From Candidatus Bathyarchaeota archaeon (GTDB lineage Archaea > Thermoproteota > Bathyarchaeia > Bathyarchaeales > Bathycorpusculaceae): 64,000 bases of DNA. The DNA is taken from positions 96,001 through 160,000 of the forward strand of contig CAWAKC010000004.1 of the NCBI GenBank assembly GCA_963782525.1. Direction: 5' to 3'. Below the pieces are notes generated by a model. The model ran no database searches and was not told the origin of the DNA. It was given only the letters and a program-made list of their open reading frames with translations. Position numbers and translations under genes: made by a program. Shown here in pieces: positions 29,657 through 38,053 of this stretch. Numbering within the stretch: the first letter of the stretch is position 1; the number at the start of each line of letters is the position of its first letter.

Positions 29657-30640
29657 TTGCCAGAGCTAATTCGCGTCTCATTGGGCACAGCAATCGTTCT
29701 TGGGCTTTTGGACGGTAAATTGGATGCTGAGCCGACGACGGCTTATTTGATGACTTACAGATTGGGTAAGTGTACAGCTAACTGTGGTTTTTGCCCCCAA
29801 GCCAGAGCAAGCAAAAGTAGCGCCGAAATGCTGTCTCGGGTCTCATGGCCAACCTTCCCAACACTCAACGTCTTAACAGCGCTTTCAGATTCGGCGAAAG
29901 AAGGAAGAATCAAGCGTGTTTGCATCCAAGCACTAAACTATCCGGACGTATTTGGACACCTTGAATCGCTCGTAAAAGAAATTAAAAACCTCTCGGCGAT
30001 TCCTGTTTCTGTTTCCTGCCAACCTCTTAATACCCAAAACATTGACCGTTTGAAAAAGGCTGGCGTGGACAGGTTAGGTATAGCTTTGGATGTTGCAACC
30101 GAAGCCATATTCGTTAAAGTTAAGGGTAAAGATGCAGGCGGCTCGTATACTTGGCAGAACCAGTTCACCCAGCTAAGGGATGCAATAGCGGTTTTCGGAA
30201 AGGGCGCTGTAAGCACTCATGTAATTGTGGGGTTGGGGGAAACGGAAAAGGAAGCAGCTGAAGTTATTCAGAGGTGTGTAGCTATGGGTGTTTTGCCTGC
30301 ACTTTTTGCTTTTACACCTGTCCGAGGCACAGCTTTAGAAACTCAATCGCCTCCGGAGGTTGAATCTTATCGGCGTTTGCAGCTTGCCAGATATCTAATT
30401 GTCAAGAATATAGCAAGATTTGAGGATATGCGATTTGACTCTGAAGGAAAAATTGTTGGGTATGCCCGTGCCAATGAATCCTTAGAGTCAATAATTGCGA
30501 GTGGCTTGCCTTTTCAGACTTCAGGCTGCCCCGACTGCAACCGCCCTTACTACAACGAAAAAGCAAGGGGGCCCATCTATAACTACCCAAAAAAGCTAAA
30601 CAAAGAAGAGATTGAAAAAATAAAAAAACAACTAAGGTAA
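29657..30640 (+). CDS. Radical SAM, archaeal lipoyl synthase subunit LipS2-like
   Basis: CTANCGFC plus TSGCPDCNRP, matching the TxGCPxC(N/D)RP motif of LipS2. Confidence 0.75.
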   Translation: MPELIRVSLGTAIVLGLLDGKLDAEPTTAYLMTYRLGKCTANCGFCPQARASKSSAEMLSRVSWPTFPTLNVLTALSDSAKEGRIKRVCIQALNYPDVFGHLESLVKEIKNLSAIPVSVSCQPLNTQNIDRLKKAGVDRLGIALDVATEAIFVKVKGKDAGGSYTWQNQFTQLRDAIAVFGKGAVSTHVIVGLGETEKEAAEVIQRCVAMGVLPALFAFTPVRGTALETQSPPEVESYRRLQLARYLIVKNIARFEDMRFDSEGKIVGYARANESLESIIASGLPFQTSGCPDCNRPYYNEKARGPIYNYPKKLNKEEIEKIKKQLR

Positions 30641-31981
30641 AAGTTGGTCAGCCGTTTGCTCAGATGTTTTCTTGGTGGTTTTCGGCATCTTTGGCTTTTG
30701 CCGTGTAACCTGTTCTACTAAACGCCAGAACTCATCCATGGTGTAGCCTTTGAGTAGTTCTTTCATTAGTTTTTTGACTTGGTAGTAGGTCATTTGGGCT
30801 TCGCCTTTGTCGAGGCTTTCCTGTGGACCCTTAATGCGTCTGAAGAGCTCATCCATCTGTCTTGGCGAAGCTCGGATTCCAGCTTTCTCAAGCAGTTTTT
30901 GGATAAGCGTCTGCCCTGTGTTTCTGCCGATGAAAATCATGGTTTCTCTGCCCACTATTTCTGGTGGGAAAGGCTCAAAAACCAAAGGGTTAGCCATCAT
31001 TTCTTCAACTTCTTCTTCAACTTCATGGGTGAAAATGTTTTCACCGATTATGGGTTTATGGAACTGGATTGGCAATGCAAATGCCTTTTCGGCTGCTTGT
31101 GCGATACGATAGATTTTTCCCATATCTATGCCTGTGTCGACGTTGTAGAGCAGCTCAGCCGCGGTTACGACTTCTTCGAAAGGTGCGATGCCCGCTCGTT
31201 CTCCAAAGCCCGCGATGCAAGTATGCAGGTAAGCTACGCCTTCCTCCATAGCTGCCAAGGTGTTGGCGGAGCCTAACCCAAAGTCGTTGTGGCAGTGGAT
31301 TGAGAGCGGCACTTTCTTCTTAATTGCTTCAGGCAAACCATCTCTGATATGGGAAATTAAATAGCGCATTGATAAAGGCCTTATGAAGCCTACGCTATCC
31401 GCTACGCCCAACCTTATTGCTCCGGCGTTGGCTGCAGCTTCGAAAACTTGCAATATATCTTCTAGAGGGGTTCGGGTTGCGTCCATTAGGATGAAGTTTA
31501 CGGTTGTGCCGTGTTTTTTAGCGTAGTCGATGCTGTCAACGATTTTTTGCAGCGCTTGTTCTTTTGTTATCTTCAGTTTGTACTGGAGGTTTAAGCCATT
31601 GATGGGGGATTCGATGGTGATGTCTTTGATACCGCACTCTAAGCAGGCGTTTACGCTGTTCTTTGAAGCTTCTGCTGAAGCGGTCAGCTTGGAGTAAGTG
31701 AAGGTTTCGTTGACGATGCGTTTGACGGTGCGTTTTTCGTCTTCGGATAGCGCGGGGAACCCTACGTTTATGATGGCGACGCCTGATTCGTCCATCAATT
31801 TTGCAAGCCTAACCTGCTCCACATAGGTTAAGTAAACCGTCGGCGCCTTGATGCCTTCCCGGAAAGTTTCATCCCAGATGAATACGCGGTCAGGAAGCTT
31901 AGGAGGCAAATTCTTTCGTAACCGGTTGTAATTTGCAATTAGTCCCTGAGCTTCGAGCTTTTTGAATATGGTCTTCCTCAT
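30632..31981 (-). CDS. DRE-TIM metallolyase (homocitrate/isopropylmalate synthase family), divergent
   Basis: DETFREG, HCHNDFG, GFGERAG. Confidence 0.8.
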   Translation of the reverse strand: MRKTIFKKLEAQGLIANYNRLRKNLPPKLPDRVFIWDETFREGIKAPTVYLTYVEQVRLAKLMDESGVAIINVGFPALSEDEKRTVKRIVNETFTYSKLTASAEASKNSVNACLECGIKDITIESPINGLNLQYKLKITKEQALQKIVDSIDYAKKHGTTVNFILMDATRTPLEDILQVFEAAANAGAIRLGVADSVGFIRPLSMRYLISHIRDGLPEAIKKKVPLSIHCHNDFGLGSANTLAAMEEGVAYLHTCIAGFGERAGIAPFEEVVTAAELLYNVDTGIDMGKIYRIAQAAEKAFALPIQFHKPIIGENIFTHEVEEEVEEMMANPLVFEPFPPEIVGRETMIFIGRNTGQTLIQKLLEKAGIRASPRQMDELFRRIKGPQESLDKGEAQMTYYQVKKLMKELLKGYTMDEFWRLVEQVTRQKPKMPKTTKKTSEQTADQLLP

Positions 31982-32059
31982 TTAGACACAATCCAACAAT
32001 ACGAACTAAATTATCATCTTTAATTTGCTAATACCTATATAAAACTGCATCTATCAAAT

Positions 32060-32276
32060 GTTTTTTAGATTTTGTTTTGTGTGGTTGTGGTAGGCTGCTG
32101 TGCTTCACATCTTGGGTTGGTTTTTGGGTTGTGTTTTGAGTTCTGGCTGGTTTTTGTTTGCTGATGGGTTGTGGAGGGGTTTGGTTGTGGTTCACTTCTA
32201 TGTTGGGTTGCATGTTGTGGGTTGTGGTGTATGCTGATGTGATTGGGTTGTGGGGATGGAAAAGATTTGGGGTTAG
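32060..32276. repeat. G/T-rich low-complexity tract with recurring GGTTGTGG
   Basis: About 215 nt dominated by G and T on the + strand. Confidence 0.6.
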
Positions 32277-32388
32277 TATATTGATGCTTTTGAAACAAAA
32301 AGACACAGTTTCACATATTTGATTCTGAGTGGTGACGCAAAAGTCTTAAGTGCTAAAAACACAATCTAACTTCCAGAAGGGACCTTAA

Positions 32389-32604
32389 ATGAGTAGCAGC
32401 CTAAAAACCACCATCGAAAAAATCAGAGCCTTAGAAGCTGAAAAAAAGAACCTATTAGTTGAAATTGAAAGCCTCAAAAAAATGGCGGACACAAAAGCGG
32501 CGGCTCTTGAAAACGAAGTTGGTGCACTGCGTGAAGAAGCTAAAACCCTCACGATTCTGGTAAACGGACCAGAAGCGATTGCACCGAACAAGATAAAAAT
32601 CTAA
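32389..32604 (+). CDS. Small coiled-coil protein
   Basis: 71 aa with heptad pattern; upstream SD-like AAGGGA. Confidence 0.65.
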   Translation: MSSSLKTTIEKIRALEAEKKNLLVEIESLKKMADTKAAALENEVGALREEAKTLTILVNGPEAIAPNKIKI

Positions 32605-32607
32605 ATT

Positions 32608-33468
32608 CTATGGTTCTTTGGGCGGCGTAGGTGTTCTTTTCAGTAGATCATCGACAGTTTTACTGAGTGCATTGCATGCTGTTTGCCTTGCCTCTGTAGA
32701 TGTGTCGGTTTCGAGTTTCTCCAGTTCTTTGTGTAAGCGGTCGGATTCCTCATTTAGTTCCTGTTTCTGTTTTTCGTAGTTGTCGTGGAGTTTTTCCTGT
32801 TCCGCCGTAAACGTTTGCAAGGTCACTTCTAACTCGTTTTTGGCGGCTTTAAGGTTCTGAGTGGTCTCTGTGAGTTCTTGAGCGGCTTTGCGTTTGGCGC
32901 CGAACTTGTAGAAGCTGAATTTGACTTGCTGCTGCATTGCCAGTTGGTCTTCAAGGTCTCGGATTTGGCTGCTTAAACGTTGGACTTCGCTGTTTCGTTT
33001 GTTGCTGCGTTCCCGAGTGGTCTCCGCATATTGTTTGTCGGCTTCCACTATTTTGTGGTTTACGTCGGCGAGGGCTTTCGCTTCTGAGGTTAGGTTGTTT
33101 TCTTTTATTCGGTTCTCAGCGAGTGCTGCTTCGACGTCGAGGAAAATTTGTGTGCTTGCCCTGGTAAACGCCTCATCTACTGTGATGGCTGGGTTAGATT
33201 CGAATTCTGAAACTACCTGGCGAAGCGTTACAAGCCAATCATCAAAGTACTGGCTAAACGGCGAGAGAGCAAAAATCTGTTTTCCTAATTTTCCCAAGCT
33301 GCCAATTGTCCTCTGCGCCACTTCCGCTGCTGAAAACTCTGGAGTTTCCTCCATTAGGTACTTGGCACCTGCGCGCTGCTTTTTTTCTTTGGCTTTTTTC
33401 TCGTGGGTGCTCTTGGAAAACTGTTTGCCGCTGCTTCGGCGGGAACCCGTTTGAGGTCTGAAGCTCAT
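32608..33468 (-). CDS. Coiled-coil hypothetical protein
   Basis: Long E/K/Q-rich helical ORF with basic N-terminus. Confidence 0.7.
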   Translation of the reverse strand: MSFRPQTGSRRSSGKQFSKSTHEKKAKEKKQRAGAKYLMEETPEFSAAEVAQRTIGSLGKLGKQIFALSPFSQYFDDWLVTLRQVVSEFESNPAITVDEAFTRASTQIFLDVEAALAENRIKENNLTSEAKALADVNHKIVEADKQYAETTRERSNKRNSEVQRLSSQIRDLEDQLAMQQQVKFSFYKFGAKRKAAQELTETTQNLKAAKNELEVTLQTFTAEQEKLHDNYEKQKQELNEESDRLHKELEKLETDTSTEARQTACNALSKTVDDLLKRTPTPPKEP

Positions 33469-33530
33469 AAAATACCCTCTACACATAAGAAATATTTAAA
33501 GCAAATGCAAACTCCGCTAAAGAGCCGTTG

Positions 33531-34505
33531 CTATTTTTTCTTTTTTGTCGGCTCGACGGGTGCGGGTTTGCGTCTTTTAAGCGCCACAACTGAGGCGGCG
33601 ATGGCTGCTGCGATGACAATTACGATTATAGCTGGGATGAGCCAGCTTGGCGTGGAGGTGTTGGTTTGGGTTTGGCTGGGCTGGGTGGTAGCTGTTGGCC
33701 CATTCGTTAGCGAGGTGGAGCCGCTTGGCGACGAAGTAGAGGATGTAGTGGGAGCAGGCGTAACCTGTGGTGCCGTTCCAGAAAGAATTGGACCAGCCAC
33801 TTGAACCAGGATAACGTAGCTGGCGATTCTCTGTTCTGAAGGCACGATGCTTTGATTGTAGTCGTAGGCGCCAAACTTGAAATCTACTTTCGCCGAAGGA
33901 GCCAAAGATGCAGATAATGGTTCAGTACCGTCATATCCACCATACGCGACGACTTTTCCCTTGGAATCATAGAAGGTTCCCAAAACCCTCACGCCTGTGG
34001 CAGTTTGTGAGCCTGTGTTCTGGACTTTGCCAGTGACCCAGTAGACACCTTTGTTGTCTGTGGTGGTGTCGATGCTGTTTTGTTGGCTTATGACTTTCAC
34101 GTCTTGGTAGAGATAGTTTGTGGTGGTAGGTGCCTGCGTTACGGAGACCGCTACATTAGCTATGGAGGGAAGAACTCCGGTGGTCTGGTCTGCCTGCAAA
34201 ACGAACGTCATATAAAATGGGGCTTTCTGGTTAGGCAACATATCATTCACAAAAGCCATAGCCTGTGTCGTTTGTTGAGCCCCTGTGGTCGTGGTCATTT
34301 GAGCAGTCAAGATAACTGAAGCGAAGGTGCTGGTGCCCACATTCTCTATTTCGCCTACAACATCCAAAAACCCTGAGCTGTCAATGTACCAGGTATAATT
34401 TGTAGCTTTAATGTTTGAGGTTTGGCTGTGCGCCTCCGGAACCGTCATGAAACTGCACGCAAACAAACCTAACAGAATAACTGAGTAAATTACGGATTTT
34501 TTCAT
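33531..34505 (-). CDS. Secreted, C-terminally anchored surface protein with two FxLYD-like Ig domains
   Basis: Signal peptide MKKSVIYSVILLGL, VGEIENVG / TGKVQNTG repeats, S/T/P linker, TM plus basic tail. Confidence 0.8.
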   Translation of the reverse strand: MKKSVIYSVILLGLFACSFMTVPEAHSQTSNIKATNYTWYIDSSGFLDVVGEIENVGTSTFASVILTAQMTTTTGAQQTTQAMAFVNDMLPNQKAPFYMTFVLQADQTTGVLPSIANVAVSVTQAPTTTNYLYQDVKVISQQNSIDTTTDNKGVYWVTGKVQNTGSQTATGVRVLGTFYDSKGKVVAYGGYDGTEPLSASLAPSAKVDFKFGAYDYNQSIVPSEQRIASYVILVQVAGPILSGTAPQVTPAPTTSSTSSPSGSTSLTNGPTATTQPSQTQTNTSTPSWLIPAIIVIVIAAAIAASVVALKRRKPAPVEPTKKKK

Positions 34506-34670
34506 GGAAATGCCCTCTCTATTTCTCTTAGCACAACAGAACGAGGTATGTTCTATAAAACAGTTTTTCAAAATTACCCCCCAAATGACCTCGCCGCACC
34601 AGAGCAGCGGCATCGTCTATATACGCTATTGATTTGGCGGGGACAACTCTTAAAAGCAAAATCGGCGGAT

Positions 34671-35174
34671 ATGCAATTAGATGAGTCATCCGTGACTGAA
34701 AAGTTACATCCCTATGTAGTATTTCTTCCAAAAACAGAAAAAAAAGATAAGATACTCTCCGCCATATTCGGCAGCAAAGCTGGCGTCAACATCCTCCGCT
34801 TCTCACTTAAACAGGGCGTCGCCAAAAACATCTACCAAAAAGACCTCGTCAAAACCCTCAACTACTCAAACAAAACCATAATCGAAAACCTCAAAACCCT
34901 CACCAAACTCGGCGTCCTAAACGAATCCATGGAAAAAAACGACAAAGAAGGCCGCATCATCTGGATCAAAATCTACCAACTCACCAACCTCGGCAAATGG
35001 TTCGCGCTGCTCATAGCAGAAGAAAAAGAACTCCCCGACACAGAAAAAGCCGAAATCCTCCAAAGCCTATTCCGCACCTACGTCAAGCAGGTGAAGCGTT
35101 TGGCTGAGGAAATTGGAATAAACAAGAAAATGCTCGAGGAAACATTCAGGGAAGAAATGAAAAGTAGTCAATAA
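34671..35174 (+). CDS. Winged helix-turn-helix DNA-binding protein
   Basis: YQKDLVKTLNYSNKTIIENLKTL...YQLTNLG. Confidence 0.7.
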   Translation: MQLDESSVTEKLHPYVVFLPKTEKKDKILSAIFGSKAGVNILRFSLKQGVAKNIYQKDLVKTLNYSNKTIIENLKTLTKLGVLNESMEKNDKEGRIIWIKIYQLTNLGKWFALLIAEEKELPDTEKAEILQSLFRTYVKQVKRLAEEIGINKKMLEETFREEMKSSQ

Positions 35175-35189
35175 GAACGATGTAAAAAA

Positions 35190-35432
35190 ATGAAAAAAAT
35201 TAGAGTTAACTGATTCCGAAGGCAGACTTACTCTGCCCATAGAAATAAAAAAAAACTTGGCGAAAACCTCACTCTAACAAAGACGCCAGAAGGCTACTTA
35301 CTCACAAGCAAAGGATATGTCGCTAACGAAGAAATCCAAAAAATAATACGCTCTAAGCACCGTAGAACAGGCAAACCCAAACTCGCAACTCCCAAGGAAA
35401 TAAAATCCATTTGGAAAACAACCGTGGAATAA
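35190..35432 (+). pseudogene. AbrB/MazE-type antitoxin-like gene with two compensating frameshifts in A-tracts
   Basis: Reconstructed MKK/LELTDSEGRLTLPIEIKK/LGENLTLTKTPEGYLL...SIWKTTVE. DxxGRLTLP is the AbrB signature. Confidence 0.6.
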
Positions 35433-35486
35433 CCTGAAAAACACCATCCTACCCTACAAAGACCCAATAACCCAAAAGACCCTTCC

Positions 35487-35506
35487 GCACCGTTGAAAAA
35501 CGGTGC
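35487..35506. terminator. Perfect hairpin GCACCGTT-GAAA-AACGGTGC between convergent genes
   Basis: 8-bp stem next to an A/T-rich tract. Confidence 0.5.
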
Positions 35507-35534
35507 CTAAAACAAAAAAGAAAGAAAAAGAAGT

Positions 35535-36716
35535 TTATTCTTCTTCTGAGGGTAGCCCGATTTTACGCAGGTAGTCTTTGGCGTATTTTGGGTTGTAGGC
35601 TAACAGTTCCTTGCTGCGTAGGAGTCTGCGTTCGAGGCGGACCAGTGCGACGCGGAAGGTAGGTTCGACGCCCCAGCCTTCGCTTGCTGCGAAGAATGTG
35701 CCCCGGACCGTGCGGAACTGCAATCGGCAATGGACGAGTGGAGTGTCGCGGACTCCGTTGTCTCCATGGCTTTTCATGTACACGAATAGTGTGCCTAATT
35801 GGAATGCTTCTTGGAATCGGTGGGAGAATGAATCGAATTCATTCATCATGAATGCTTGCTGGTCTTCTGTGACGTCTACGCCTTTGGTGCTGAACTGGAT
35901 GGTTAATTTGCGTGCGGGTGCTGCTACCTGGGAGATCTGTTCTAGGAAGTCAAGCTTTGTAACCACTCCAACCAAGCGGTCTGCAGTCACGACGCATAAA
36001 CATGACACATCGCGGTCATGCATTTGTTTTTCAGCGTCTTTGAGGCTGGTTTTGGCGTCGACGGTGATTGCGGGAGAAGCCATTATGCCTTTTACTGCGA
36101 TTCCGAGGGTTTCAAGTTTTTCGCCGACGATATCGCCTGTGGTTTGGCGTCGCTGCGGCCAGTAAATGCTTCTTAAAATATCCTCAATGCTTACCATGCC
36201 CGCAAGCTTGCCGCTTTCCAGGACGGGAACATGCGAGATGCCGAATTCACGCATCAACCCTAAAACTGCGCCGACACTGCGCCCCGCCTCGATTGTGTGA
36301 GGCGCCCTTGTCATAACTTTTTCAACTGTAGTGCGCCCCCAGTCATCGCCGACAGCGCCATGAATCACGTCTTCATCAGTAACAAATCCGAGTAACTTGC
36401 CTTTTTCGAACAACGGTAGCTGACGCATACCGCTTCCAATCATGAGTTTCGCCAGTTCCCCCAACGAAACTTCTGGCTCAACTGGTGGTGCAACCTGCAT
36501 AAGCGAACGAACTTTCGCTACAGTGAAATCAAGTCGTGAACGCAAAATTGCGCGGCGAGTTATCATCCCTACATACTTTCCTTTCTCATCCAAAACAGCC
36601 ATCACTGGCGGCATACCTTTCTTGAAGCCTTCTAGGCATCTGGAGAGTGTATCGTTGTCTTGTACAAAATTTAGTCCTTTAGAATATACATCCCTGGCAG
36701 TAACAGATGTGCTCAT
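35535..36716 (-). CDS. 4xCBS plus C-terminal HPF/RaiA-like domain protein (archaeal ribosome hibernation factor Hib-like)
   Basis: Four CBS repeats. The tail IQFSTKGVDVTED...FFAASEGWGVEPTFRVALVRLERRL follows the HPF pattern. Confidence 0.75.
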   Translation of the reverse strand: MSTSVTARDVYSKGLNFVQDNDTLSRCLEGFKKGMPPVMAVLDEKGKYVGMITRRAILRSRLDFTVAKVRSLMQVAPPVEPEVSLGELAKLMIGSGMRQLPLFEKGKLLGFVTDEDVIHGAVGDDWGRTTVEKVMTRAPHTIEAGRSVGAVLGLMREFGISHVPVLESGKLAGMVSIEDILRSIYWPQRRQTTGDIVGEKLETLGIAVKGIMASPAITVDAKTSLKDAEKQMHDRDVSCLCVVTADRLVGVVTKLDFLEQISQVAAPARKLTIQFSTKGVDVTEDQQAFMMNEFDSFSHRFQEAFQLGTLFVYMKSHGDNGVRDTPLVHCRLQFRTVRGTFFAASEGWGVEPTFRVALVRLERRLLRSKELLAYNPKYAKDYLRKIGLPSEEE

Positions 36717-37105
36717 AAATAATCACTGGAAAGCTAATATGAGACGTGAAATTTAAACATTGCAAACCCCTGCATGCATAGCAGCCAATAGAGCCATTAT
36801 TAGAACTTAAACCTAAAATGGTATCTTCATAAGGTTTAGATGGCTACGAGATTTGGAGTCAATCGGGTGCGGTTTAGGGTTCTTCGTAACGGTTGTTTTA
36901 CGGATAGTTGGGTTTCCTTGAGGTTTGAGTCAAGGTTTAATTTTGTTAATTGGCTAGCATGTTGTCTTGTTTTCTGTATTTTTACCTTGGGAAAGAGGGT
37001 TTTTCCAAGCAATATTTATATCAAAAGCACTTTATTCAAGTTTCTAACTAATTATTGTACGTTGGACTAATTTGTACCACGTATATTAAAATGGTGAACA
37101 AATAA

Positions 37106-38053
37106 ATGCCGTTAAAAACCATAAAGAAAGATGCGGCAGACGCTTTAACGTTAGAATGGGTTTTGCAAGTTAAAGATTACAAGTTAACTCTTGACAAGAA
37201 CCGCTGTGTCGGCTGCCAAGTATGCACGGTGGCTTGCCCAAAAGAAGCCATAAAAACCCAGAAGCAGCCAAAAATTCCGGGAGAAAAGGCAAAGAAAGCC
37301 AAAGTAGACATTGACTTGGCAAAATGCAATTTCTGCGGAATCTGCGACGTCACCTGTCCATATGGCGCAATTAAGGTTACTTTAAATGATTCACACAACC
37401 TGCCTATTTTGGAGAAAGATAGCTACCCACAGCTTGTCCGCGATATCGTCGTGGATACGCACAAATGTGAAAAAGAATGTGTCGAATGCGAAAATGCTTG
37501 TCCACTCAAACTCATAAAAATATCCAAAGTCGGCTTTGATGGCAACCCCGTTCAAGACATTACCGCGCTCTCTGCTAATGAGAAAAAAAGAGTTCAACTA
37601 TCACTTGACATTCAAAAAGGCTATTGCCCTACATGCAAAATATGCGAAGTTAATTGTAAACCTGGCGCATTAAAAGTCAAAAAAGCATTCGAAGGAAAAA
37701 TCAACATTGCCCAGGCGAAGTGTCCAGAAGGCTGCACCGACTGCTTAGATGTTTGTCCCATTCCAGGTGCACTCGTGGTTGGAGAAGACAAGAAAGTTCA
37801 CGTTAACGAGACATTATGTACTTACTGTGGTGCATGCAAGAACGTTTGCCCAGTGGAAGAAGCGTTGTGTGTGAAACGCACCAAGGTTCTCCATACACCC
37901 ATCCATTCAGGCACATGGAACAAAGCCTTAGAACGATTAACCAGCTCCGCTGACGCTGCTAAGGAACTAAAAGCCCAAGCCGCCGAGAACAGACGCAAAG
38001 TCGTTGAGAAACGATTCGTCTCTGAGGAGCTCAAAACTGAGGAATACAAATGA
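37106..38053 (+). CDS. Polyferredoxin (FwdF-like)
   Basis: About six CxxCxxCxxxCP-type clusters. Confidence 0.85.
   Translation: MPLKTIKKDAADALTLEWVLQVKDYKLTLDKNRCVGCQVCTVACPKEAIKTQKQPKIPGEKAKKAKVDIDLAKCNFCGICDVTCPYGAIKVTLNDSHNLPILEKDSYPQLVRDIVVDTHKCEKECVECENACPLKLIKISKVGFDGNPVQDITALSANEKKRVQLSLDIQKGYCPTCKICEVNCKPGALKVKKAFEGKINIAQAKCPEGCTDCLDVCPIPGALVVGEDKKVHVNETLCTYCGACKNVCPVEEALCVKRTKVLHTPIHSGTWNKALERLTSSADAAKELKAQAAENRRKVVEKRFVSEELKTEEYK

Noticed and set aside
32060-32276. Possible CRISPR or tandem array
   Set aside because: No fixed-length repeat/spacer periodicity and no cas genes in the window.
32028-32306. Two Q/P/T/N-rich ORFs
   Set aside because: By-products of the G/T low-complexity tract.
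36840-37070. 76-aa ORF upstream of the polyferredoxin
   Set aside because: Lies in a T-rich promoter region with no coding features.
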